DNA of 64,000 bases from Eledone cirrhosa (taxonomy: Eukaryota): the NCBI GenBank assembly GCA_964016885.1, contig CAXHJY010000517.1, forward strand, positions 62,001 to 126,000, in the 5' to 3' direction. The position numbers were made by a program, and so were the translations under genes. Positions within the stretch are counted from its first letter, which is position 1. Each line of letters opens with the position of its first letter. The notes below the pieces were generated by a model. That model saw nothing but the letters and a program-made list of their open reading frames with translations, was not told the DNA's origin and ran no database searches. Below, piece by piece: positions 21,701-35,400 of this stretch.

Positions 21701-24700
21701 AAGGTTCAGTCATTAGACTGCTGTCTTTAAGGTTCAGTCATTAGACTGCTGTCTTTAAGGTTCGGTCATTAGACTGCTGTCTTTAAGGTTCAGTCATTAG
21801 ACTGCTGTCTTTATGGTTCGGTCATTCGACTGTTGTCTTTAAGGTTCAGTCATTAGACTGCTGTCTTTAAGGTTCAGTCATTAGACTGCTGCCTTCAAGG
21901 TTCAGTCATTTGACTGTTGTCTTTAAGGTTCACTAATTCGACGGCTGTCTTTAAGTTTCAGTCATTAGACTGCTGTCTTTAAGGTTCACTCATTAGACCG
22001 CTGTCTTTAAGGTTCGGTCATTAGACTGTTGTCTTTAAGGTTCAGTCATTAGACTGTTGTCTTTAAGGTTCAGTCATTAGACTGTTGGCTTTAAGGTTCA
22101 GTCATTAGACTGCTGTCTTTATGGTTCAGTCATTAGACTGTTGTCTTTAAGGTTCAGTCATTAGACTGCTGTCTTTATGGTTCAGTCATTAGACTGTTGT
22201 CTTTAAGGTTCAGTCATTAGACTGCTGTCTTTAAGGTTCAGTCATTAGACTGCTGTCTTTAAGGTTTAGTCATTAGACTGTTGTCTTTAAGGTTCACTCA
22301 TTCGACTGCTGTCTTTAAGTTTCAGTCATTAGACTGCTGTCTTTAAGGTTCAGTCATTAGACTGCTGTCTTTAAGGTTCACTCATTAGACGGCTGTCTTT
22401 AAGGTTCGGTCATTAGACTGTTGTCTTTAAGGTTCAGTCATTAGACTGCTGTCTTTAAGGTTCAGTCATTAGACTGCTGTCTTTAAGGTTCAGTCATTAG
22501 ACTGCTGTCTTTAAGGTTCAGTCATTAGACTGCTGTCTTTAAGGTTCAGTCATTAGACTGCTGTCTTTAAGGTTTAGTCATTAGACTGCTGTCTTTATGG
22601 TTCAGTCATTCGACTGTTGTCTTTATGTTTCAGTCATTCGACTGTTGTCTTTATGGTTCAGTCATTAGATTGTTGTCTTTAAGGTTTAGTCATTAGACTG
22701 CTGTCTTTAAGGTTCAGTCATTAGACTGCTGTCTTTAAGGTTCAGTCATTAGACTGTTGTCTTTAAGGTTCAGTCATTAGACTGCTGTCTTTATGGTTCA
22801 GTCATTAGACTGTTGTCTTTAAGGTTCAGTCATTAGACTGCTGTCTTTAAGGTTCAGTCATTAGACTGCTGTCTTTAAGGTTCAGTCAATAGACTGTTGT
22901 CTTTAAGGTTCAGTCATTAGACTGTTGTCTTTAAGGTTCAGTCAGTAGACTGCTGTCTTTATGGTTCAGTCATTAGACTGTTGTCTTTAAGGTTCAGTCA
23001 TTAGACTGCTGTCTTTAAGGTTCAGTCATTAGACTGCTGTCTTTAAGGTTCACTCATTCGACTGCTGTCTTTATGGTTCAGTCATTCGACTGTTGTCTTT
23101 ATGGTTCAGTCATTAGACTGTTGTCTTTAAGGTTCAGTCATTAGACTTCTGTCTTTAAGGTTTAGTCATTAGACTGCTGTCTTTAAGGTTCAGTCATTAG
23201 ACTGTTGTCTTTAAGGTTCAGTCATTAGACTGTTGTCTTTAAGGTTTAGTCATTAGACTGCTGTCTTTAAGGTTCAGTCATTAGACTGCTGTCTTTAAGG
23301 TTCAGTCATTAGACTGTTGTCTTTAAGGTTCAGTCATTAGACTTCTGTCTTTAAGGTTTAGTCATTAGACTGCTGTCTTTAAGGTTTAGTCATTAGACTG
23401 CTGTCTTTAAGGTTCAGTCATTAGACTGCTGTCTTTAAGGTTCAGTCATTAGACTGCTGTCTTTAAGGTTCAGTCATTAGACTGTTGTCTTTAAGGTTTA
23501 GTCATTAGACTGCTGTCTTTAAGGTTCAGTCATTAGACTGTTGTCTTTAAGTTTCAGTCATTAGACTGTTGTCTTTAAGCTTCAGTCATTAGACTGTTGT
23601 CTTTAAGGTTCAGTCATTAGACTGTTGTCTTTAAGGTTCAGTCATTAGACTGTTGTCTTTAAGGTTCAGTCGTTAGACTGTTGTCTTTAAGGTTCAGTCA
23701 TTAGACTGCTGTCTTTAAGGTTCAGTCATTAGACTGTTGTCTTTAAGGTTCACTCATTCGACTGCTGTCTTTAAGTTTCAGTCATTAGACTGCTGTCTTT
23801 AAGGTTCAGTCATTAGACTGCTGTCTTTAAGGTTCACTCATTAGACTGCTGTCTTTAAGGTTCGGTCATTAGACTGTTGTCTTTAAGGTTCAGTCATTAG
23901 ACTGCTGTCTTTAAGGTTCAGTCATTAGACTGCTGTCTTTAAGGTTCAGTCATTAGACTGCTGTCTTTAAGGTTCAGTCATTAGACTGCTGTCTTTAAGG
24001 TTCAGTCATTAGACTGCTGTCTTTAAGGTTTAGTCATTAGACTGCTGTCTTAATGGTTCAGTCATTCGACTGTTGTCTTTATGGTTCAGTCATTCGACTG
24101 TTGTCTTTATGGTTCAGTCATTAGACTGTTGTCTATAAGGTTTAGTCATTAGACTGCTGTCTTTAAGGTTCAGTCATTAGACTGCTGTCTTTAAGGTTCA
24201 GTCATTAGACTGTTGTCTTTAAGGTTCAGTCATTAGACTGCTGTCTTTAAGGTTTAGTCATTAGACTGCTGTCTTTAAGGTTCAGTCATTAGACTGCTGT
24301 CTTTAAGGTTCAGTCATTAGACTGCTGTCTTTAAGGTTCAGTCATTAGACTGTTGTCTTTAAGGTTCAGTCATTAGACTGTTGTCTTTAAGGTTCAGTCA
24401 TTAGACTGCTGTCTTTAAGGTTCAGTCATTAGACTGTTGTCTTTAAGGTTCAGTCATTAGACTGTTGTCTTTAAGGTTTAGTCATTAGACTGCTGTCTTT
24501 AAGGTTCAGTCATTAGACTGTTGTCTTTAAGGTTCAGTCATTAGACTGTTGTCTTTAAGCTTCAGTCATTAGACTGTTGTCTTTAAGGTTCAGTCATTAG
24601 ACTGTTGTCTTTAAGGTTCAGTCATTAGACTGTTGTCTTTAAGGTTCAGTCATTAGACTGTTGTCTTTAAGGTTCAGTCATTAGACTGCTGTCTTTAAGG

Positions 24701-26479
24701 TTCAGTCATTAGACTGTTGTCTTTAAGGTTCAGTCATTAGACTGTTGTCTTTAAGGTTCAGTCATTAGACTGTTGTCTTTAAGGTTCAGTCATTAGACTG
24801 CTGTCTTTATGGTTCAGTCATTAGACTGTTGTCTTTAAGGTTCAGTCATTAGACTGCTGTCTTTAAGGTTCAGTCATTAGACTGCTGTCTTTAAGGTTCA
24901 GTCATTAGACTGTTGTCTTTAAGGTTCACTCATTCGACTGCTGACTTTAAGTTTCAGTCATTAGACTGCTGTCTTTAAGGTTCAGTCATTAGACTGCTGT
25001 CTTTAAGGTTCACTCATTAGACTGCTGTCTTTAAGGTTCGGTCATTAGACTGTTGTCTTTAAGGTTCAGTCATTAGACTGCTGTCTTTAAGGTTCAGTCA
25101 TTAGACTGCTGTCTTTAAGGTTTAGTCATTAGACTGCTGTCTTTAAGGTTCAGTCATTAGACTGCTGTCTTTAAGGTTCAGTCATTAGACTGCTGTCTTT
25201 AAGGTTTAGTCATTAGACTGCTGTCTTAATGGTTCAGTCATTCGACTGTTGTCTTTATGGTTCAGTCATTCGACTGTTGTCTTTATGGTTCAGTCATTAG
25301 ACTGTTGTCTTTAAGGTTTAGTCATTAGACTGCTGTCTTTAAGGTTCAGTCATCAGACTGCTGTCTTTAAGGTTCAGTCATTAGACTGTTGTCTTTAAGG
25401 TTCAGTCATTAGACTGCTGTCTTTAAGGTTTAGTCATTAGACTGCTGTCTTTAAGGTTCAGTCATTAGACTGCTGTCTTTAAGGTTCAGTCATTAGACTG
25501 CTGTCTTTAAGGTTCAGTCATTAGACTGTTGTCTTTAAGGTTCAGTCATTAGACTGTTGTCTTTAAGGTTCAGTCAGTAGACTGCTGTCTTTATGGTTCA
25601 GTCATTAGACTGTTGTCTTTAAGGTTCAGTCATTAGACTGCTGTCTTTAAGGTTCAGTCATTAGACTGTTGTCTTTAAGGTTCAGTCAGTAGACTGCTGT
25701 CTTTATGGTTCAGTCATTAGACTGTTGTCTTTAAGGTTCAGTCATTAGACTGTTGTCTTTAAGGTTCAGTCATTAGACTGTTGTCTTTAAGGTTCAGTCA
25801 GTAGACTGCTGTCTTTATGGTTCAGTCATTAGACTGTTGTCTTTAAGGTTCAGTCATTAGACTGCTGTCTTTAAGGTTCACTCATTCGACTGCTGTCTTT
25901 ATGGTTCAGTCATTCGACCGTTGTCTTTATGGTTCAGTCATTAGACTGTTGTCTTTAAGGTTCAGTCATTAGACTTCTGTCTTTAAGGTTTAGTCATTAG
26001 ACTGCTGTCTTTAAGGTTCAGTCATTAGACTGTTGTCTTTAAGGTTCAGTCATTAGACTGTTGTCTTTAAGGTTTAGTCATTAGACTGCTGTCTTTAAGG
26101 TTCAGTCATTAGACTGCTGTCTTTAAGGTTCGGTCATTAGACTGTTGTCTTTAAGGTTCAGTCATTAGACTTCTGTCTTTAAGGTTTAGTCATTAGACTG
26201 CTGTCTTTAAGGTTTAGTCATTAGACTGCTGTCTTTAAGGTTCAGTCATTAGACTGCTGTCTTTAAGGTTCAGTCATTAGACTGCTGTCTTTAAGGTTCG
26301 GTCATTAGACTGCTGTCTTTAAGGTTCAGTCATTAGACTGCTGTCTTTATGGTTCGGTCATTCGACTGTTGTCTTTAAGGTTCAGTCATTAGACTGCTGT
26401 CTTTAAGGTTCAGCCATTAGACTGCTGCCTTCAAGGTTCAGTCATTTGACTGTTGTCTTTAAGGTTCACTAATTCGACG

Positions 26480-29400
26480 GCTGTCTTTAAGTTTCAGTCA
26501 TTAGACTGATGTCTTTAAGGTTCAGTCATTAGACTGTTATCTTTAAGGTTCAGTGATTAGACTGTTGTCTTTAAGGTTCAGTCATTAGACTGTTGTCTTT
26601 AAGGTTCAGTCATTAGACTGCTGTCTTTATGGTTCAGTCATTAGACTGTTGTCTTTAATGTTCAGTCATTAGACTGCTGTCTTTAAGGTTCAGTCATTAG
26701 ACTGCTGTCTTTAAGGTTTAGTCATTAGACTGTTGTCTTTAAGGTTCACTCATTCGACTGCTGTCTTTAAGTTTCAGTTATTAGACTGCTGTCTTTAAGG
26801 TTCAGTCATTAGACTGCTGTCTTTAAGGTTCACTCATTAGACTGCTGTCTTTAAGGTTCGGTCATTAGACTGTTGTCTTTAAGGTTCAGTCGTTAGACTG
26901 CTGTCTTTAAGGTTCAGTCATTAGACTGCTGTCTTTAAGGTTCAGTCATTAGACTGCTGTCTTTAAGGTTCAGTCATTAGACTGCTGTCTTTAAGGTTCA
27001 GTCATTAGACTGCTGTCTTTAAGGTTTAGTCATTAGACTGCTGTCTTTATGGTTCAGTCATTCGACTGTTGTCTTTATGGTTCAGTCATTCGACTGTTGT
27101 CTTTATGGTTCAGTCATTAGACTGTTGTCTTTAAGGTTTAGTCATTAGACTGCTGTCTTTAAGGTTCAGTCATTAGACTGCTGTCTTTAAGGTTCAGTCA
27201 TTAGACTGTTGTCTTTAAGGTTCAGTCATTAGACTGATGTCTTTATGGTTCAGTCATTAGACTGTTGTCTTTAAGGTTCAGTCAGTAGACTGCTGTCTTT
27301 AAGGTTCAGTCATTAGACTGCTGTCTTTAAGTTTCAGTCAATAGACTGTTGTCTTTAAGGTTCAGTCATTAGACTGTTGTCTTTAAGGTTCAGTCAGTAG
27401 ACTGCTGTCTTTATGGTTCAGTCATTAGACTGTTGTCTTTAAGGTTCAGTCATTAGACTGCTGTCTTTAAGGTTCAGTCATTAGACTGCTGTCTTTAAGG
27501 TTCACTCATTCGACTGCTGTCTTTATGGTTCAGTCATTCGACTGTTGTCTTTATGGTTCAGTCATTAGACTGTTGTCTTTAAGGTTCAGTCATTAGACTT
27601 CTGTCTTTAAGGTTTAGTCATTAGACTGCTGTCTTTAAGGTTCAGTCATTAGACTGTTGTCTTTAAGGTTCAGTCATTAGACTGTTGTCTTTAAGGTTTA
27701 GTCATTAGACTGCTGTCTTTAAGGTTCAGTCATTAGACTGCTGTCTTTAAGGTTCAGTCATTAGACTGTTGTCTTTAAGGTTCAGTCATTAGACTTCTGT
27801 CTTTAAGGTTTAGTCATTAGACTGCTGTCTTTAAGGTTTAGTCATTAGACTGCTGTCTTTAAGGTTCAGTCATTAGACTGCTGTCTTTAAGGTTCAGTCA
27901 TTAGACTGCTGTCTTTAAGGTTCGGTCATTAGACTGCTGTCTTTAAGGTTCAGTCATTAGACTGCTGTCTTTATGGTTCGGTCATTCGACTGTTGTCTTT
28001 AAGGTTCAGTCATTAGACTGCTGTCTTTAAGGTTCAGTCATTAGACTGCTGCCTTCAAGGTTCAGTCATTTGACTGTTGTCTTTAAGGTTCACTAATTCG
28101 ACGGCTGTCTTTAAGGTTCAGTCATTAGACTGCTGTCTTTAAGGTTCACTCATTAGACCGCTGTCTTTAAGGTTCAGTCATTAGACTGCTGTTTTAAGGT
28201 TCAGTCATTAGACTGTTGTCTTTAAGGTTCAGTCATTAGACTGCTGTCTTTAAGGTTCAGTCATTAGACTGCTGTCTTTAAGGTTCAGTCATTAGACTGC
28301 TGTCTTTAAGGTTCAGTCATTAGACTGTTGTCTTTAAGGTTCAGTCATTAGACTGTTGTCTTTAAGGTTCAGTCAGTAGACTGCTGTCTTTATGGTTCAG
28401 TCATTAGACTGTTGTCTTTAAGGTTCAGTCATTAGACTGCTGTCTTTAAGGTTCAGTCTTTAGACTGCTGTCTTTAAGGTTCACTCATTCGACTGCTGTC
28501 TTTATGGTTCAGTCATTCGACCGTTGTCTTTATGGTTCAGTCATTAGACTGTTGTCTTTAAGGTTCAGTCATTAGACTTCTGTCTTTAAGGTTTAGTCGT
28601 TAGACTGCTGTCTTTAAGGTTCAGTCATTAGACAGTTGTCTTTAAGGTTCAGTCATTAGACTGTTGTCTTTAAGGTTTAGTCATTAGACTGCTGTCTTTA
28701 AGGTTCAGTCATTAGACTGCTGTCTTTAAGGTTCAGTCATTAGACTGTTGTCTTTAAGGTTCAGTCATTAGACTTCTGTCTTTAAGGTTTAGTCATTAGA
28801 CTGCTGTCTTTAAGGTTTAGTCATTAGACTGCTGTCTTTAAGGTTCAGTCATTAGACTGCTGTCTTTAAGGTTCAGTCATTAGACTGCTGTCTTTAAGGT
28901 TCGGTCATTAGACTGCTGTCTTTAAGGTTCAGTCATTAGACTGCTGTCTTTATGGTTCGGTCATTCGACTGTTGTCTTTAAGGTTCAGTCATTAGACTGC
29001 TGTCTTTAAGGTTCAGCCATTAGACTGCTGCCTTCAAGGTTCAGTCATTTGACTGTTGTCTTTAAGGTTCACTAATTCGACGGCTGTCTTTAAGTTTCAG
29101 TCATTAGACTGCTGTCTTTAAGGTTCAGTCATTAGACTGTTGTCTTTAAGGTTCAGTGATTAGACTGTTGTCTTTAAGGTTCAGTCATTAGACTGTTGTC
29201 TTTAAGGTTCAGTCATTAGACTGCTGTCTTTATGGTTCAGTCATTAGACTGTTGTCTTTAATGTTCAGTCATTAGACTGCTGTCGTTAAGGTTCAGTCAT
29301 TAGACTGCTGTTTTAAGGTTCAGTCATTAGACTGTTGTCTTTAAGGTTCAGTCATTAGACTGCTGTCTTTAAGGTTTAGTCATTAGACTGCTGTCTTTAA

Positions 29401-32400
29401 GGTTCAGTCATTAGACTGCTGTCTTTAAGGTTCAGTCATTAGACTGCTGTCTTTAAGGTTCAGTCATTAGACTGTTGTCTTTAAGGTTCAGTCATTAGAC
29501 TGTTGTCTTTAAGGTTCAGTCAGTAGACTGCTGTCTTTATGGTTCAGTCATTAGACTGTTGTCTTTAAGGTTCAGTCATTAGACTGCTGTCTTTAAGGTT
29601 CAGTCTTTGGACTGCTGTCTTTAAGGTTCACTCATTCGACTGCTGTCTTTATGGTTCAGTCATTCGACCGTTGTCTTTATGGTTCAGTCATTAGACTGTT
29701 GTCTTTAAGGTTCAGTCATTAGACTTCTGTCTTTAAGGTTTAGTCGTTAGACTGCTGTCTTTAAGGTTCAGTCATTAGACAGTTGTCTTTAAGGTTCAGT
29801 CATTAGACTGTTGTCTTTAAGGTTTAGTCATTAGACTGCTGTCTTTAAGGTTCAGTCATTAGACTGCTGTCTTTAAGGTTCAGTCATTAGACTGTTGTCT
29901 TTAAGGTTCAGTCATTAGACTTCTGTCTTTAAGGTTTAGTCATTAGACTGCTGTCTTTAAGGTTTAGTCATTAGACTGCTGTCTTTAAGGTTCAGTCATT
30001 AGACTGCTGTCTTTAAGGTTCAGTCATTAGACTGCTGTCTTTAAGGTTCGGTCATTAGACTGCTGTCTTTAAGGTTCAGTCATTAGACTGCTGTCTTTAT
30101 GGTTCGGTCATTCGACTGTTGTCTTTAAGGTTCAGTCATTAGACTGCTGTCTTTAAGGTTCAGCCATTAGACTGCTGCCTTCAAGGTTCAGTCATTTGAC
30201 TGTTGTCTTTAAGGTTCACTAATTCGACGGCTGTCTTTAAGTTTCAGTCATTAGACTGCTGTCTTTAAGGTTCAGTCATTAGACTGTTGTCTTTAAGGTT
30301 CAGTGATTAGACTGTTGTCTTTAAGGTTCAGTCATTAGACTGTTGTCTTTAAGGTTCAGTCATTAGACTGCTGTCTTTATGGTTCAGTCATTAGACTGTT
30401 GTCTTTAATGTTCAGTCATTAGACTGCTGTCTTTAAGGTTCAGTCATTAGACTGCTGTCTTTAAGGTTTAGTCATTAGACTGTTGTCTTTAAGGTTCACT
30501 CATTCGACTGCTGTCTTTAAGTTTCAGTCATTAGACTGCTGTCTTTAAGGTTCAGTCATTAGACTGCTGTCTTTAAGGTTCACTCATTAGACTGCTGTCT
30601 TTAAGGTTCGGTCATTAGACTGTTGTCTTTAAGGTTCAGTCATTAGACTGCTGTCTTTAAGGTTCAGTCATTAGACTGCTGTCTTTAAGGTTCAGTCATT
30701 AGACTGCTGTCTTTAAGGTTCAGTCATTAGACTGCTGTCTTTAAGGTTCAGTCATTAGACTGCTGTCTTTAAGGTTTAGTCATTAGACTGCTGTCTTTAT
30801 GGTTCAGTCATTCGACTGTTGTCTTTATGGTTCAGTCATTCGACTGTTGTCTTTATGGTTCAGTCATTAGACTGTTGTCTTTAAGGTTTAGTCATTAGAC
30901 TGCTGTCTTTAAGGTTCAGTCATTAGACTGCTGTCTTTAAGGTTCAGTCATTAGACTGCTGTCTTTAAGGTTCAGTCATTAGACTGCTGTCTTTAAGGTT
31001 CAGTCATTAGACTGCTGTCTTTAAGGTTCAGTCATTAGACTGCTGTCTTTAAGGTTCAGTCATTAGACTGCTGTCTTTAAGGTTTAGTCATTAGACTGCT
31101 GTCTTTATGGTTCAGTCATTCGACTGTTGTCTTTATGGTTCAGTCATTCGACCGTTGTCTTTATGGTTCAGTCATTAGACTGCTGTCTTTAAGGTTTAGT
31201 CATTAGACTGCTGTCTTTAAGGTTCAGTCATTAGACTGCTGTCTTTAAGGTTCAGTCATTAGACTGCTGTCTTTAAGGTTCGGTCATTAGACTGCTGTCT
31301 TTAAGGTTCAGTCATTAGACTGCTGTCTTTATGGTTCGGTCATTCGACTGTTGTCTTTAAGGTTCAGTCATTAGACTGCTGTCTTTAAGGTTCAGTCATT
31401 AGACTGCTGCCTTCAAGGTTCAGTCATTTGACTGTTGTCTTTAAGGTTCACTAATTCGACGGCTGTCTTTAAGGTTCAGTCATTAGACTGCTGTCTTTAA
31501 GGTTCACTCATTAGACCGCTGTCTTTAAGGTTCAGTCATTAGACTGCTGTTTTAAGGTTCAGTCATTAGACTGTTGTCTTTAAGGTTCAGTCATTAGACT
31601 GCTGTCTTTAAGGTTCAGTCATTAGACTGCTGTCTTTAAGGTTCAGTCATTAGACTGCTGTCTTTAAGGTTCAGTCATTAGACTGTTGTCTTTAAGGTTC
31701 AGTCATTAGACTGTTGTCTTTAAGGTTCAGTCAGTAGACTGCTGTCTTTATGGTTCAGTCATTAGACTGTTGTCTTTAAGGTTCAGTCATTAGACTGCTG
31801 TCTTTAAGGTTCAGTCTTTAGACTGCTGTCTTTAAGGTTCACTCATTCGACTGCTGTCTTTATGGTTCAGTCATTCGACCGTTGTCTTTATGGTTCAGTC
31901 ATTAGACTGTTGTCTTTAAGGTTCAGTCATTAGACTTCTGTCTTTAAGGTTTAGTCGTTAGACTGCTGTCTTTAAGGTTCAGTCATTAGACAGTTGTCTT
32001 TAAGGTTCAGTCATTAGACTGTTGTCTTTAAGGTTTAGTCATTAGACTGCTGTCTTTAAGGTTCAGTCATTAGACTGCTGTCTTTAAGGTTCAGTCATTA
32101 GACTGTTGTCTTTAAGGTTCAGTCATTAGACTTCTGTCTTTAAGGTTTAGTCATTAGACTGCTGTCTTTAAGGTTTAGTCATTAGACTGCTGTCTTTAAG
32201 GTTCAGTCATTAGACTGCTGTCTTTAAGGTTCAGTCATTAGACTGCTGTCTTTAAGGTTCGGTCATTAGACTGCTGTCTTTAAGGTTCAGTCATTAGACT
32301 GCTGTCTTTATGGTTCGGTCATTCGACTGTTGTCTTTAAGGTTCAGTCATTAGACTGCTGTCTTTAAGGTTCAGCCATTAGACTGCTGCCTTCAAGGTTC

Positions 32401-35400
32401 AGTCATTTGACTGTTGTCTTTAAGGTTCACTAATTCGACGGCTGTCTTTAAGTTTCAGTCATTAGACTGCTGTCTTTAAGGTTCAGTCATTAGACTGTTG
32501 TCTTTAAGGTTCAGTGATTAGACTGTTGTCTTTAAGGTTCAGTCATTAGACTGTTGTCTTTAAGGTTCAGTCATTAGACTGCTGTCTTTATGGTTCAGTC
32601 ATTAGACTGTTGTCTTTAATGTTCAGTCATTAGACTGCTGTCTTTAAGGTTCAGTCATTAGACTGCTGTTTTAAGGTTCAGTCATTAGACTGTTGTCTTT
32701 AAGGTTCAGTCATTAGACTGCTGTCTTTAAGGTTTAGTCATTAGACTGCTGTCTTTAAGGTTCAGTCATTAGACTGCTGTCTTTAAGGTTCAGTCATTAG
32801 ACTGCTGTCTTTAAGGTTCAGTCATTAGACTGTTGTCTTTAAGGTTCAGTCATTAGACTGTTGTCTTTAAGGTTCAGTCAGTAGACTGCTGTCTTTATGG
32901 TTCAGTCATTAGACTGTTGTCTTTAAGGTTCAGTCATTAGACTGCTGTCTTTAAGGTTCAGTCTTTGGACTGCTGTCTTTAAGGTTCACTCATTCGACTG
33001 CTGTCTTTATGGTTCAGTCATTCGACCGTTGTCTTTATGGTTCAGTCATTAGACTGTTGTCTTTAAGGTTCAGTCATTAGACTTCTGTCTTTAAGGTTTA
33101 GTCGTTAGACTGCTGTCTTTAAGGTTCAGTCATTAGACAGTTGTCTTTAAGGTTCAGTCATTAGACTGTTGTCTTTAAGGTTTAGTCATTAGACTGCTGT
33201 CTTTAAGGTTCAGTCATTAGACTGCTGTCTTTAAGGTTCAGTCATTAGACTGTTGTCTTTAAGGTTCAGTCATTAGACTTCTGTCTTTAAGGTTTAGTCA
33301 TTAGACTGCTGTCTTTAAGGTTTAGTCATTAGACTGCTGTCTTTAAGGTTCAGTCATTAGACTGCTGTCTTTAAGGTTCAGTCATTAGACTGCTGTCTTT
33401 AAGGTTCGGTCATTAGACTGCTGTCTTTAAGGTTCAGTCATTAGACTGCTGTCTTTATGGTTCGGTCATTCGACTGTTGTCTTTAAGGTTCAGTCATTAG
33501 ACTGCTGTCTTTAAGGTTCAGCCATTAGACTGCTGCCTTCAAGGTTCAGTCATTTGACTGTTGTCTTTAAGGTTCACTAATTCGACGGCTGTCTTTAAGT
33601 TTCAGTCATTAGACTGCTGTCTTTAAGGTTCAGTCATTAGACTGTTGTCTTTAAGGTTCAGTGATTAGACTGTTGTCTTTAAGGTTCAGTCATTAGACTG
33701 TTGTCTTTAAGGTTCAGTCATTAGACTGCTGTCTTTATGGTTCAGTCATTAGACTGTTGTCTTTAATGTTCAGTCATTAGACTGCTGTCTTTAAGGTTCA
33801 GTCATTAGACTGCTGTCTTTAAGGTTTAGTCATTAGACTGTTGTCTTTAAGGTTCACTCATTCGACTGCTGTCTTTAAGTTTCAGTCATTAGACTGCTGT
33901 CTTTAAGGTTCAGTCATTAGACTGCTGTCTTTAAGGTTCACTCATTAGACTGCTGTCTTTAAGGTTCGGTCATTAGACTGTTGTCTTTAAGGTTCAGTCA
34001 TTAGACTGCTGTCTTTAAGGTTCAGTCATTAGACTGCTGTCTTTAAGGTTCAGTCATTAGACTGCTGTCTTTAAGGTTCAGTCATTAGACTGCTGTCTTT
34101 AAGGTTCAGTCATTAGACTGCTGTCTTTAAGGTTTAGTCATTAGACTGCTGTCTTTATGGTTCAGTCATTCGACTGTTGTCTTTATGGTTCAGTCATTCG
34201 ACTGTTGTCTTTATGGTTCAGTCATTAGACTGTTGTCTTTAAGGTTTAGTCATTAGACTGCTGTCTTTAAGGTTCAGTCATTAGACTGCTGTCTTTAAGG
34301 TTCAGTCATTAGACTGTTGTCTTTAAGGTTCAGTCATTAGACTGCTGTCTTTATGGTTCAGTCATTAGACTGTTGTCTTTAAGGTTCAGTCAGTAGACTG
34401 CTGTCTTTAAGGTTCAGTCATTAGACTGCTGTCTTTAAGTTTCAGTCAATAGACTGTTGTCTTTAAGGTTCAGTCATTAGACTGTTGTCTTTAAGGTTCA
34501 GTCAGTAGACTGCTGTCTTTATGGTTCAGTCATTAGACTGTTGTCTTTAAGGTTCAGTCATTAGACTGCTGTCTTTAAGGTTCAGTCATTAGACTGCTGT
34601 CTTTAAGGTTCACTCATTCGACTGCTGTCTTTATGGTTCAGTCATTCGACTGTTGTCTTTATGGTTCAGTCATTAGACTGTTGTCTTTAAGGTTCAGTCA
34701 TTAGACTTCTGTCTTTAAGGTTTAGTCATTAGACTGCTGTCTTTAAGGTTCAGTCATTAGACTGTTGTCTTTAAGGTTTAGTCATTAGACTGCTGTCTTT
34801 AAGGTTCAGTCATTAGACTGCTGTCTTTAAGGTTCAGTCATTAGACTGTTGTCTTTAAGGTTCAGTCATTAGACTTCTGTCTTTAAGGTTTAGTCATTAG
34901 ACTGCTGTCTTTAAGGTTTAGTCATTAGACTGCTGTCTTTAAGGTTCAGTCATTAGACTGCTGTCTTTAAGGTTCAGTCATTAGACTGCTGTCTTTAAGG
35001 TTCGGTCATTAGACTGCTGTCTTTAAGGTTCAGTCATTAGACTGCTGTCTTTATGGTTCGGTCATTCGACTGTTGTCTTTAAGGTTCAGTCATTAGACTG
35101 CTGTCTTTAAGGTTCAGTCATTAGACTGCTGCCTTCAAGGTTCAGTCATTTGACTGTTGTCTTTAAGGTTCACTAATTCGACGGCTGTCTTTAAGGTTCA
35201 GTCATTAGACTGCTGTCTTTAAGGTTCACTCATTAGACCGCTGTCTTTAAGGTTCAGTCATTAGACTGCTGTTTTAAGGTTCAGTCATTAGACTGTTGTC
35301 TTTAAGGTTCAGTCATTAGACTTCTGTCTTTAAGGTTTAGTCATTAGACTGCTGTCTTTAAGGTTTAGTCATTAGACTGCTGTCTTTAAGGTTCAGTCAT

